Below, piece after piece: positions 1 to 9,412 of a stretch of 64,000 nucleotides of DNA. The notes under the pieces are model-generated. The model was not told the DNA's origin, made no database searches, and saw nothing but the letters and a program-made list of their open reading frames with translations. The stretch is taken from positions 1 to 64,000 of the forward strand of contig CAVPVX010000004.1 in NCBI GenBank assembly GCA_963709345.1. The letters are read 5' to 3'. Made by a program: the position numbers and the translations under genes. The stretch comes from an uncultured Actinomycetes bacterium (GTDB lineage Bacteria; Actinomycetota; Thermoleophilia; UBA2241). Every line of letters starts with the position of its first letter. Positions within the stretch are counted from its first letter, which is position 1.

Positions 1-790
1 CGCGCGCCGAGTTCGCGTACGGGGTACTCATCGTCCCGGTGACGGCCGGGACGGCCTTCGCTACCGGCGTCCTCCTCACGTTCGCGTTCGGCCTGCTGCC
101 GTGGTGGCTGGCGCTGCCCGTCGCTGCGTATGCGCTGAAGACGACGTTCTCGCTGCGCGGGCTTGTGCGCGCGGGGCGCGACGTCCAGCGCTGGCGCTGG
201 CGAGCGACCCTGGCGCGGCCGCACGAGCCTCGCCGCGCTGGTCAGCCGCTCACTCGACCTGGAGCCCCCGCTGATCGTCTCGGCAGCGGTGGAGTCACTG
301 GCCGAGACCACGACAGCGTGGTCTCGCCGCTGCTGTACTACGCCTTGTTCGGCCTGCCCGGGGCGCTGGCGTACCGGGCTGTGAACACCATGGACGCGAT
401 GCTCGGCTACCGCGACGAGCGTGAGTTCGTGGGCAAGGCGGCGGCGCGCGCCGACGACGGCGCCAACTGGGCGCCCACCCGACTCACGGCGCTGCTCCTC
501 GTCGCGGTGTCTGTGGTGAAGGGATGGCTATGCCTGGTGGGCGTTTCGCACGCAGCATCTGCCCGAGTACGGGCCGAACAAGACGCTGGCCATCGGTACC
601 ATGGCCGGAGCCCTCGGCGTGCAGCTTCGCAAGCCGGGGGCGTACGCGCTGGGAACTGCCGACAGGCCGCTCACGGCCGCCGTCATCGGCGAACGCCGCC
701 GTGCTCGTGTGGGTGGCCGGCGGCGTGACCATCGTCGCCGCGGCCGGTCTTGCCGCGGCGCTCAGCTGGGCGTTCTGGGGATTACCGGTG
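1..790 (+). CDS. cbiB: Adenosylcobinamide-phosphate synthase CbiB; 5'-partial and frameshifted, end approximate
   Basis: Motifs AAVESLAE, LAYRAVNTMDAMLGY, AARADD..NWAPTRL and MAGALGVQLRKPG are spread over several frames (ORFs 39..728, 163..384, 601..1074). Confidence 0.85.
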
Positions 791-1920
791 GGCGCCGGAC
801 AGTCCCGTCTTCTTCCCGCCCGTCAGCGCGTTGGTGCACGGGGCGGTCGACCCGTCGGCGCTGCGCGCCGAAGGCGTCGACCCCGCCGCCATCATCGACT
901 TCAGCTCCAACCAGTCGCCGCTCGGCGCCGCGCCGGGCGTGGCCGCCGCCGTGGCCGGCGCCGTCGTCGACGCCTACCCGGACCCGCACGCGACGGATCT
1001 CACCGTGGCGCTGGCTGCGCGTCACAACGTCGACCCGGCCCAGGTGGTCTGCGGCAACGGCAGCACCGAGCTGATCCGGCTGATCGCGCAGCTTGCGCTC
1101 GGACCCGGCGACGCGGCGCTCGCGCTGGCGCCCGTCTTCGGGGAGTGTGAGGTCGCCACCGCGTTGGCGGGAGCCCGGCTCGAGCGCGTGCGGCTCGCGC
1201 ACGGGGGTCCCGGCGCCGGCTTCACGTGCGACGAAGCCGCTCTTCGTGACGCCCTCGCCCGCCTGCTGCGCAACGCGCCGGCCGTGCTCCCCGAACAACC
1301 CGACCGGGGCGGCGCTGCCCGCGGCGCTGACCGCCGCTGTCGCCGCTGACCACCCGGGCACGCTGTTCGTCCTCGACGAGGCCTACTGCGACCTGCTGGC
1401 GACGCCGAAGTGGGAGCGGGCGTCGCTGGCCGGCGGAAATCTGCTTGTGCTCCACTCGATGACCAAGTACTGGGGCCTCGCCGGCCTGCGCCTGGGCTAC
1501 GCCGCGGCCGCTCCCGCGCGGGCCGCGGTGCTGCGCGCCGCGGCCCCACCGGCGAGCGTCAATGCGCGCGTCCAGGCCGCCGGGCTCGCGGCGCTCGCCG
1601 ACCTCGAGCACCGATCCGCCGTTCGGTCGCGCTGCTCATCGCCGAGCGCATCAGGCTGGCCGCCGGATTGTGCGCGCGCGGGTGGGTCGTCGAGCCGTCC
1701 ACCGCCGGTTTCTTCCTCATCCACGCAGGCGATGCGCCTGCGGTTGGCCGCCGTCCGCCTCGGCCGGGGCTGCCTCGTTCGCGACTGCACCTCGTTCGGA
1801 CTTCCCGAGCACGTGCGCGTGAGCCCGCGGCACCCGGAGCAGAACGATCGCCTGCTGGAGGCGTTCGCCGCGCTGGAGCCGCCGGAGGCCGCGCTGTGCA
1901 CGCGGACCCCGCGCCCGTGA
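790..1920 (+). CDS. cobD: Threonine-phosphate decarboxylase / HisC-like PLP enzyme; frameshifted, start approximate
   Basis: IIDFSSNQSPLG, YPDP and GNGSTELI in ORF 750..1349; PNNPTG, LDEAY and SMTKYWGLAGLRLGY in ORF 1093..1920; follows cbiB. Confidence 0.8.
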
Positions 1921-2360
1921 GCCCGGCTGCCACGTCCGCGAGCGCGACCGTGTCGCGAGTCGTGGTGGGGGCGCCGTGGAGCGGTGAGGGTAAGACGACG
2001 GTGGCGCTCGGGCTCATGGCGGCGCTGAGGAGCCGCGGCCTTCGCGTGCAGGGCTACAAGGTCGGAATGGACTGCCTCGACACCGGTTACCAGCGGCATA
2101 CGGCCGGTCCTCCCGGCCGCAACCTCGACCGGTTCATGATGGGCGAGTCCGCCGTGTGCGCGGCATCGGCCGGCGACGCCGCGGACGTGGCCGTCGTCGA
2201 GGGCGTCATGGGCCAGTTCGACGGGCACCGGGACGGCATGACTCCCACGAGCACCGCCAACGTGATGAGCGACGCGGCCCTGCTGCACGCGAGCGGCCTG
2301 CGGGTACCGTGGGTGCTCGACCTCGACGCCGTCTGCAAGCTGCTGAAGTGCTGGGCCCGG
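1917..2360 (+). pseudogene. cbiA: Cobyrinate a,c-diamide synthase remnant (N-terminal part only; glutaminase domain missing)
   Basis: SGEGKTTVALGLMAAL, YKVGMDCLD (degenerate KVGPDYID), RNLD and VVEGVMGQFDG within ORF 1410..3125; similarity ends after STANV. Confidence 0.75.
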
Positions 2361-2483
2361 CGGCCACGCCCCGGCGTTCTCTCGCGCCGACCTCCTCGAG
2401 GCGATGGAGGCTCTGCGGCAGGCGGTCTCCCACCCCGAGGCTCAGTGCTGATAGGCTCCCGCTGTCGTCGGCCGGGAGCCAGC

Positions 2484-3094
2484 CATGAAGTATCTCTCTC
2501 ACCTCTTCTCGCAGAACCGGGCCTGGGCGGGCGAGTGCGTCGCGTCCGACCCCGAGTACTTCAGAGGCTGACCGACCTGCAGCGCCCCGACCTGCTCTGG
2601 ATCGGCTGCTCCGACAGCCGGGTTCCGGCCAACGAGATCGTCGGCCTGGCGCCCGGCGAGCTCTTCGTCCACCGCAACGTGGCCAACGTCGTACCGGTCA
2701 CCGACCTGAACGCGATGGCGGTGATCGAGTACGCCGTGACTTCCCTCGGTGTGCGCCACATCGTCGTCTGCGGCCACTATCGCTGCGGCGGGGTGCGCGC
2801 GGCCCTCGAGGGGCACCAGGCCGGCGCGGTCGCGCTGTGGCTGCAGCCGCTGCGCCTGCTCGCCGCCGAGCGCCGCGAGGAGCTCGACGCGCTCCCCGAC
2901 CTCGAGTCGCGCTGGGACCGACTCTGCGAGCTCAGCGTCGGCGCGCAGGTGCACGCAGTGGCCTCCTCCGAGGTCGTCGAGGCGGCGTGGGAGCGCGGTG
3001 CTCCACTGGCCGTCCACGGCTGGACTACGATCTCAAGGACGGTCTGCTCCGCGACCTCGAGGTCACGGTCGGGAGCATCTCCGCGGCCGGCTGA
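2484..3094 (+). CDS. can: Beta-class carbonic anhydrase (two frameshifts, near 2562 and 3025)
   Basis: GGGAG RBS and ATG 2484 (MKYLSHLFSQNRAW); WIGCSDSRVP, GELFVHRNVAN and CGHYRCGGV Zn-ligand motifs; C-terminal YDLKDGLLRDL in ORF 2837..3094. Confidence 0.88.
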
Positions 3095-3182
3095 GGCAGC
3101 CGGCTCTGCCGGCGCTTCAGGCTGACGGTGTCGGGCCCGTCCGGAAGGGCGGTTTCGCGCGACAGAGTGCAGGGGGTGCATC

Positions 3183-3530
3183 ATGAAGAACGGCGAGTGT
3201 CCCAGGTGCGGATCGCACGAGATCTCCGCGTCGACGACCGGTCCGGGCAGCTGCCCCGAGGACTGGCGGTGGAACGTCGCCCCCGCGCACAGCGCCAGCA
3301 TCAGCCTCGATGATCAGACCCTGCTCTGCGCCGCGTGCGGCTGCTCGGAGAGCTACCTGAGGAATCCCGAGGTCGTCGCAGACATCGTCACCCATGATGG
3401 AGGCAGCAACTGGGTCAAGCCCGGCCCGGCTCGTTCGTCCCGGGTGATCGAGCGCTGGCGCCTCGGATCCGACCTCGCGGCGTTTCCGCAGCCGCGCCGG
3501 GTGGAGATACTGGCTTCGAGCCAATCGTGA
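3183..3530 (+). CDS. Small hypothetical protein with two CxxC motifs (Zn-ribbon-like)
   Basis: CPRC and CAAC motifs; GGGGG upstream of the ATG. Confidence 0.55.
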   Translation: MKNGECPRCGSHEISASTTGPGSCPEDWRWNVAPAHSASISLDDQTLLCAACGCSESYLRNPEVVADIVTHDGGSNWVKPGPARSSRVIERWRLGSDLAAFPQPRRVEILASSQS

Positions 3531-3550
3531 ACCAGTGAGCGGGGGTCGCC

Positions 3551-4435
3551 ATGAAGAAGTCTGACCGCAACGCGATCGTCGCGTTCCCGGTGGTCGTGCT
3601 GATCGGGGCCGGCGTCGCCTTGGCCGGCAGTCAAGGCGGCGCGTCTGCTTGGGGCATCCCGGTCTTCGCCCTCGCCGTCGGCTTGGCATTCGTCATCCAG
3701 TGGCTCGCCTTCATCCCGGCGTACGTTGGGCAGAGCGAGCGCTTCTTCGACCTCACCGGCAGCCTCACGTACATCACCGTCGCGGTCGCGGCGGTCCTGC
3801 TCGGGCCCCCGGTCGACGGGAGATCGATCCTGCTGCTGGCGCTGGTCTTGATCTGGGCGGCGCGCCTCGGCACATTCCTGGTCCGCCGCATCCGCAAAGC
3901 CGGCAAGGATGCTCGCTTCGACGCCATCAAGCCCTCCTTCATCCGCTTCCTCAACGTCTGGACGCTGCAGGGTCTCTGGGTGACGCTGACGCTCGCCGCG
4001 GCTCTGGCTGCGATCACGACGACGGCGCGCAAGGAGTTGGACGTCGTCGCCGTCACCGGAGCACTGGTCTGGGCGGCCGGCTTCGCCCTGGAGGCCATTG
4101 CGGACCTCCAGAAGAACCGCTTCCGTGCCGACCCGGCGAACAGAGGCGGGTTCATCCACACGGGTCTCTGGTCCTGGTCCCGCCACCCGAACTACTTCGG
4201 CGAGATCGTGCTCTGGATCGGCGTGGCGATCATCGCGATTCCCGTGCTGCAGGGCTGGCAGTGGGTGACGCTCATATCCCCCGTGTTCGTCGCGCTGCTG
4301 CTCATCCGTGTCAGCGGTGTGCCCATGCTGGAGAAGCGGGCCGACGAGAAGTGGGGCGGTCGGGAGGACTACGAATCCTACAAGGCGCGCACGCCCGTGC
4401 TGATACCGCGCCCGCCGGCGCGCAGCGCCCGCTGA
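3551..4435 (+). CDS. DUF1295 / steroid 5-alpha-reductase-like membrane protein
   Basis: Multiple TM helices; [24 protein letters not shown] and SGVPMLE motifs. Confidence 0.9.
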   Translation: MKKSDRNAIVAFPVVVLIGAGVALAGSQGGASAWGIPVFALAVGLAFVIQWLAFIPAYVGQSERFFDLTGSLTYITVAVAAVLLGPPVDGRSILLLALVLIWAARLGTFLVRRIRKAGKDARFDAIKPSFIRFLNVWTLQGLWVTLTLAAALAAITTTARKELDVVAVTGALVWAAGFALEAIADLQKNRFRADPANRGGFIHTGLWSWSRHPNYFGEIVLWIGVAIIAIPVLQGWQWVTLISPVFVALLLIRVSGVPMLEKRADEKWGGREDYESYKARTPVLIPRPPARSAR

Positions 4436-4445
4436 GCGAGCGGGC

Positions 4446-5348
4446 ATGAGCGGGGTCTGGTTCGCCCTCGGTCTCACGCTCGTGGCCGGCATGGCCACCG
4501 GCATCGGCAGCGCCATCGCCTTCTTCGCCAAGCGCACCAACTACCGCTTCCTCTCGATCGCGACGGGCTTCTCGGCGGGCGTCATGCTGTACGTCTCGTT
4601 CGTGGAGATCCTCCTGAAGGGCTCCGACGCTCTCGTGGAGCACTACGGCGACCCCGCGGGCTACTGGGTCAACACGGCCGCCTTCTTTGGCGGCATGGCG
4701 CTCATCGGCCTGATCGACAACCTCATCCCCGCGGCCGAGAACCCGCACGAGACCCACGCCGAGGTGGAGACGGCGCCGCTGCACGACGCCGAGGCGCCGT
4801 TCCCCGAAGGGTGCGTGCTCACCGAAGCGACGACGGCGCGCAGCGCGGCCGGCCTGCACGACCACTCGGTGGACCACCACAAGCTGATGCGGATGGGCCT
4901 CTTCACCGCCCTCGCGATCGGCATCCACAACTTCCCCGAGGGCCTCGCGACCTTTCTCTCGGCGCTGGAGGATCCGGGGCTCGGCATCGCCATCGCCATC
5001 GCCATCGCGCTGCACAACATCCCCGAGGGCATCAGCGTCTCGGTGCCGATCTTCTACGCCACCGGCAACCGGATGAAGGCTTTCACCTACTCGCTGCTCA
5101 GCGGTCTCTCCGAACCCGTCGGCGCCGCTGTGGCGTACGTGGCTCTCGTGGTGATCCTCGGCGGGACCGCCGACGTGCCCCAGGAGCTCATGGGGATCCT
5201 GTTCGCCGGCGTCGCCGGCATCATGGTGTACATCAGCCTCGACGAACTGCTGCCCACGAGCCGGGCCTACGGCAAGGGCCACGACAGCATCTACGGCCTG
5301 GTCGCCGGGATGCTGGTGATGGCGCTGAGTCTGCTGCTGATGAAGTAG
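4446..5348 (+). CDS. zupT: ZIP-family zinc transporter ZupT
   Basis: [24 protein letters not shown] and ISLDELLP motifs; His-rich loop. Confidence 0.93.
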   Translation: MSGVWFALGLTLVAGMATGIGSAIAFFAKRTNYRFLSIATGFSAGVMLYVSFVEILLKGSDALVEHYGDPAGYWVNTAAFFGGMALIGLIDNLIPAAENPHETHAEVETAPLHDAEAPFPEGCVLTEATTARSAAGLHDHSVDHHKLMRMGLFTALAIGIHNFPEGLATFLSALEDPGLGIAIAIAIALHNIPEGISVSVPIFYATGNRMKAFTYSLLSGLSEPVGAAVAYVALVVILGGTADVPQELMGILFAGVAGIMVYISLDELLPTSRAYGKGHDSIYGLVAGMLVMALSLLLMK

Positions 5349-5460
5349 GGGCGCTGTGACCCCGGCGGGCCCGGTCGTCGCGGGTGCGGCGTTCGTCTTG
5401 GCGATCGAAGGTTGGGCACCGCGACGCCTCTGCTATGAAGCGACCTCACGGAGGAGTGAG

Positions 5461-6123
5461 ATGAAAGCCGAGAAGAACGATCCGTCGTCTCAGAACGTGA
5501 GGTCGGTCCTCTGCTATGGGGACTCCAACACCTGGGGCTCGGACCCCGCCGACGCGGACCGCCGGTTCCCGTGGGAGATTCGCTGGCCGGGCGTGCTCCA
5601 GCGTGAGCTCGGCAGAGAGTTCCACGTGGTCGAGGAGGGGCTGGGTAGCAGGACTACCGTCATCGACGACCCCTGGCTTCTGCATCGCAGCGGGCTCGCG
5701 TACCTTGCGCCCTGCCTCGAGTCGCATGCGCCGCTCGACCTCGTGATCATCATGCTGGGTACCAACGACATCAGCTACAGCTGGGTGACCGCCGCTGCGG
5801 CCGCCGAGGGCGCCGGCGCCGTTGCGCACCTCGTCCGGCGGAGCGAAGCCGGGCCGGACGGTGGCACCCCGGAGGTCCTGCTGGTGTGCCCTCCCCCCGT
5901 CGGACCCATCACGGAGTCGGCGGAGCTCTACGCAGGCGCCGAAGAGAAGTCGCGCGAGCTGCCTCGCGAGTTCGCGCGCGTCGCCGCATCGCTGGGCTGC
6001 AAGTGGATCGATGCGGGTGACGTCGTCACCACCAGTCCGCTCGACGGCTGGCATCTTGACGCCCTCGAGCACGAGAAGCTGGGCGTGGCTCTCGCCGCCG
6101 GGGTGCGGGTGTTCCTCGGCTGA
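5461..6123 (+). CDS. SGNH/GDSL hydrolase
   Basis: YGDSNTWG, EEGLGSRT, MLGTND and DGWH motifs; GGAG RBS before ATG 5461. Confidence 0.9.
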   Translation: MKAEKNDPSSQNVRSVLCYGDSNTWGSDPADADRRFPWEIRWPGVLQRELGREFHVVEEGLGSRTTVIDDPWLLHRSGLAYLAPCLESHAPLDLVIIMLGTNDISYSWVTAAAAAEGAGAVAHLVRRSEAGPDGGTPEVLLVCPPPVGPITESAELYAGAEEKSRELPREFARVAASLGCKWIDAGDVVTTSPLDGWHLDALEHEKLGVALAAGVRVFLG

Positions 6124-6152
6124 ACGCCGCTCCGCCGGGACGCGGCGGGCGC

Positions 6153-6211
6153 TTGACTCCCCACGAGTCAGTTGATAGCTTTTCTCATCAGTGATGAGAA
6201 GGCTTCTCATC
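6153..6211 (+). promoter_or_regulatory. Sigma70 promoter overlapped and followed by tandem Fur/Zur-type boxes
   Basis: TTGACT(6153)-N17-TAGCTT(6176); perfect palindrome GATGAGAA-GGC-TTCTCATC at 6193-6211; imperfect copy GTTGATAG-CTT-TTCTCATC at 6171-6189. Confidence 0.75.
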
Positions 6212-6234
6212 CTTCACCTTGGGGAGCGCGCTAC

Positions 6235-6687
6235 GTGACCGATCCGCAACCGACGCACGACATCGAGGCCGTCTTTCACGAGAAGGGCATCCCGTTCACG
6301 CGCCAGCGCCGGCTCCTCTGGGACTACTTCGCCGGCGCCGACCGTGCGGCGACCATCGGCGAGGCGACAGACGCACTCCGTGGCGAGGGTGTCGGCCAGG
6401 CCACGGTCTATCGAACGGTGACCCTTCTGACCGAACTCGGGCTGCTCGTCCGGGTGCAGGACAGCCGCGGGGAGATCTGCTACACGGCGCCGCCCATCGG
6501 TCACTGCCACCCCCTGATCTGCGGGGTCTGCCGCCGGCTCGTGCGCTTCGACGGAGACGGCGATGTACGGGAGCTGGAAGCGCGGCTGACTGCCGAGACC
6601 GGCTTTTCCATCTACGGCCACCATCTCGAGGTCTACGGCATCTGCCCGGAGTGCCGGGCGGTGCGAGAGGGCGACCATGACGAGTGA
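6235..6687 (+). CDS. Fur-family transcriptional regulator
   Basis: TRQR, ATVYRTV, HCHPLICGVC and HHLEVYGICPEC motifs; GGGGAG RBS before GTG 6235. Confidence 0.9.
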   Translation: MTDPQPTHDIEAVFHEKGIPFTRQRRLLWDYFAGADRAATIGEATDALRGEGVGQATVYRTVTLLTELGLLVRVQDSRGEICYTAPPIGHCHPLICGVCRRLVRFDGDGDVRELEARLTAETGFSIYGHHLEVYGICPECRAVREGDHDE

Positions 6688-7435
6688 CGCGCCGGCTGCC
6701 GGCATCTCGTCCGCCAGCGGCCGGCCCGCCGGCGCGTCACTCGCCGGCCGCCGCTTCTTCTGTTCGTGGAGCGGCGGCAAGGACGCCTACCTCGCCCTGC
6801 AGCGTGCCGTGCTGCAGCGTGGCCGGCCCGCCGCGCTGCTCTGCATGCTGCAGGAGGACGGCCTCGTGAGTCGCGGGCACGGTCTGCCGCTCGCGCTGCT
6901 GGAGCGCCAGGCGGCGGTTCTCGACATCCCCCTCGTCACGCGGGCCACGACCTGGGACGACTACGAGGCGACGTTCGTATCGGAGCTCCACGCGCTTCGC
7001 TCGCAGGGCGTCGAAGCGGGCGTGTTCGGCGACATCGATCTGCAGGGGCACCGCGACTGGGTCGAGGGTGTCTGCGAGGTCGCCGGTCTGACCTGCCACC
7101 TGCCGCTCTGGCAGGAGTCGCGCCGCCGGCTGCTCGACGAGCTCCTGGCCGGCGGTGTGCGGGCGACGATCGTCGCCGTCGACTCGTCCAAGCTGAGCGG
7201 CGAGTACCTCGGTCTCGAGCTGGACGACGCCCTCATCGCTCGCCTGGAGGCCGCCGGCGTCGATGCCTGCGGCGAAGAGGGCGAGTACCACACCATGGTC
7301 ACCGCCGCGCCGCTCTTCACCGCGCCCGTCCCTCTCGTCTGGGACGGCGTGGAGGAGCGCGACGGTCACCTGGTCCTGCGCCACGCCGGTGCCGTGCCCG
7401 GCTCATCCGCATCCGCATCCGCGCTGCGCGCCTAG
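6677..7435 (+). CDS. DUF71/COG2102 diphthine-ammonia-ligase-like PP-loop ATPase
   Basis: SWSGGKDA, VFGDID, LPLW and DACGEEGEYHT motifs. Confidence 0.9.
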   Translation: MTSDAPAAGISSASGRPAGASLAGRRFFCSWSGGKDAYLALQRAVLQRGRPAALLCMLQEDGLVSRGHGLPLALLERQAAVLDIPLVTRATTWDDYEATFVSELHALRSQGVEAGVFGDIDLQGHRDWVEGVCEVAGLTCHLPLWQESRRRLLDELLAGGVRATIVAVDSSKLSGEYLGLELDDALIARLEAAGVDACGEEGEYHTMVTAAPLFTAPVPLVWDGVEERDGHLVLRHAGAVPGSSASASALRA

Positions 7436-7463
7436 TCACTTCTTGAAGGGAGCACCACCGAAC

Positions 7464-8417
7464 ATGAGCACCATCCGTCTCCGCCGCCTCTCCGCGGCCA
7501 CTCTTCTGATCGCCACCCTCGCCTTCGGCGCCGTCGCCCTGAGCGCCTGCGGCTCGGGCGACGATGCGGCTTCGCCGTCCGCGTCACCGTCCGCGGGCCC
7601 GAGCACCGTCACCGACGACTCCGGCGTCGAGGTCACCCTCGACGAGCCGGCGATGCGCATCGTGAGCATGGCGCCGGCGAACACCGAGATCGCCTACGCC
7701 ATCGGCGCCGGCGACAAGATGGTGGCGGGCACCAGCTACGACGACTACCCCGAGGAGGCGACGGCGCTGCCGAAGATCGGCGACTTCGCCAACCCGAGCG
7801 TCGAGAAGATCGCCTCGTTCGAGCCGGATCTCGTGCTCGCGGCCGGCGGCATCCAGGACAAGCTGCGCACGAAGCTCGAGGAGCTGGGCATGAAGGTCTA
7901 CGTGGTCGATCCGACGACCTACGACGGCGTCATCGCCACGATCGAGAACATCGGCAAGCTCGCCGGCGCCGACGAGGGGGCGGCCACCGTCACCGACGAG
8001 ATGACCGCGGCGCAGATGGACGTCCGGGCGCTGGTCGGCGACCTGGCCAAGGCCACGACCTTCCTCGAGATCTACAGCGAGCCGCTCATGACCGCCGGCA
8101 GGGACACCTTCATCGACGACATGATCACGATCGCCGGCGGCGAGAACATCGGCGCGAGCGCCGGCAGCGGCTTCCCCAACTTCAGCACCGAGGTGCTGGT
8201 GCAGAAGGACCCGGCGGTCTACATCGCCGATTCCGGCTCGATGAGCGAGCCCGGTGACATCGACAAGCGCCCCGGCTTCTCCGAGCTGACTGCCGTCAAG
8301 GACGGCAAGGTCTTCGTGATCGACGACAACCTGATCGCCCGCCCGGGGCCGCGTCTGGCCGAGGGGCTCAGGGAGCTCGCCGGGATGATCCACCCCGAGG
8401 CCTCGACCGAGCAGTGA
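7464..8417 (+). CDS. Cobalamin/Fe-siderophore ABC substrate-binding lipoprotein (BtuF-like)
   Basis: Lipobox LSAC; RIVSMAPANTEI, DYPEEA, PSVEKI and RPGPRL motifs. Confidence 0.88.
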   Translation: MSTIRLRRLSAATLLIATLAFGAVALSACGSGDDAASPSASPSAGPSTVTDDSGVEVTLDEPAMRIVSMAPANTEIAYAIGAGDKMVAGTSYDDYPEEATALPKIGDFANPSVEKIASFEPDLVLAAGGIQDKLRTKLEELGMKVYVVDPTTYDGVIATIENIGKLAGADEGAATVTDEMTAAQMDVRALVGDLAKATTFLEIYSEPLMTAGRDTFIDDMITIAGGENIGASAGSGFPNFSTEVLVQKDPAVYIADSGSMSEPGDIDKRPGFSELTAVKDGKVFVIDDNLIARPGPRLAEGLRELAGMIHPEASTEQ

Positions 8418-9412
8418 CGCGCCTCGCCCGCACAGGCACGTGGCCGGGCATCATCCTGGCCGCCGGCATCCTCGTCGCCTGCCTCGTGCTGGCATTCGCT
8501 TTCGGACCGGTCTCGTTGTCGCTCGGGCGCCTGTGGGAGCTCGTGACGGCGGGGCCGGTCGACGGCGACCTCGAGAACGCCATCTTCTGGCAGATCCGCA
8601 TGCCGCGGGTCCTGGTCGCGTCTCTCGTGGGCGCGGCCCTTGCGGTCGCGGGTGTCGTCCTTCAGGACCTCTTCCTGAATCCGCTCACCGACCCCTACGT
8701 GACCGGCGTCTCGTCGGGGGCGGCGCTGGGGGCGACCATCGGTATCGTCCTCCACCTCTCGAACCTGCCGTGGACGACGGTCCTGGCGATCGTCGGTGGC
8801 CTCGGGACGCTCGCCCTGGTGTGGATGGCGGCGCGCCGGCGTGGGCGCATCGACATCTTCGTCCTGCTGCTGGCCGGCGTCACGATCTCGTATCTGGCCA
8901 GCGCCGTCGTCACCGTCCTCATGATCAGGGCCAGCCAGGACATGTACGCGATCGTCTACTGGCTCATGGGGAGCTTCTCCGGGCGCGGCTGGCCGGACGT
9001 CGAGATCGCCTTGGTCGCGGTCCCGTTCATGGCCGTCCCGCTGTTCTTCACTCGCGAGATGGACATCCTGTTGCAGGGAGAGAAGCGGGCCCTCGAGCTC
9101 GGCGTCGAGGTCGAGCGCACCAAGAGGCTGCTCCTCGTCACCGCCGGGGTGCTCACCGCCCTCGCCGTCTCGGTGAGTGGGATCATCGGCTTCGTTGGTC
9201 TCGTCGTCCCGCACATCGTGCGGCTGCTGGTCGGACCGGGACACCGCAGCCTGCTCCCGGTCTCGCTGCTGGTCGGCGCGTCGATGATGGTCGTTGCCGA
9301 CCTGCTCTCCCGCACGGTCATCTCGCCCAACGAGATCCCCGTTGGAGTCGTCACGACCTTCGTCGGCGCGCCTCTCTTCGTCTATCTTCTTCGGCGTGGG
9401 AGACGGGTCTGA
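8414..9412 (+). CDS. FecCD/BtuC-family ABC permease
   Basis: IRMPRV, NPLTDPYVTGVSSGA, WLMGS and GIIGFVGLVVPHI motifs. Confidence 0.92.
   Translation: MTRLARTGTWPGIILAAGILVACLVLAFAFGPVSLSLGRLWELVTAGPVDGDLENAIFWQIRMPRVLVASLVGAALAVAGVVLQDLFLNPLTDPYVTGVSSGAALGATIGIVLHLSNLPWTTVLAIVGGLGTLALVWMAARRRGRIDIFVLLLAGVTISYLASAVVTVLMIRASQDMYAIVYWLMGSFSGRGWPDVEIALVAVPFMAVPLFFTREMDILLQGEKRALELGVEVERTKRLLLVTAGVLTALAVSVSGIIGFVGLVVPHIVRLLVGPGHRSLLPVSLLVGASMMVVADLLSRTVISPNEIPVGVVTTFVGAPLFVYLLRRGRRV

Noticed and set aside
2399-2480. Fluoride-riboswitch-like GGCGATGGAG...GCTGATAGGCTCC upstream of carbonic anhydrase
   Set aside because: The P1 pairing partner and terminal UAC are absent, and the 3' part is better explained as an extended -10 element.
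1410-3125. 571-aa ORF appearing to fuse CbiA with carbonic anhydrase
   Set aside because: Carbonic anhydrase has its own promoter-like TGATAGGCT, RBS and ATG at 2484; the fusion arises from an indel near 2562.
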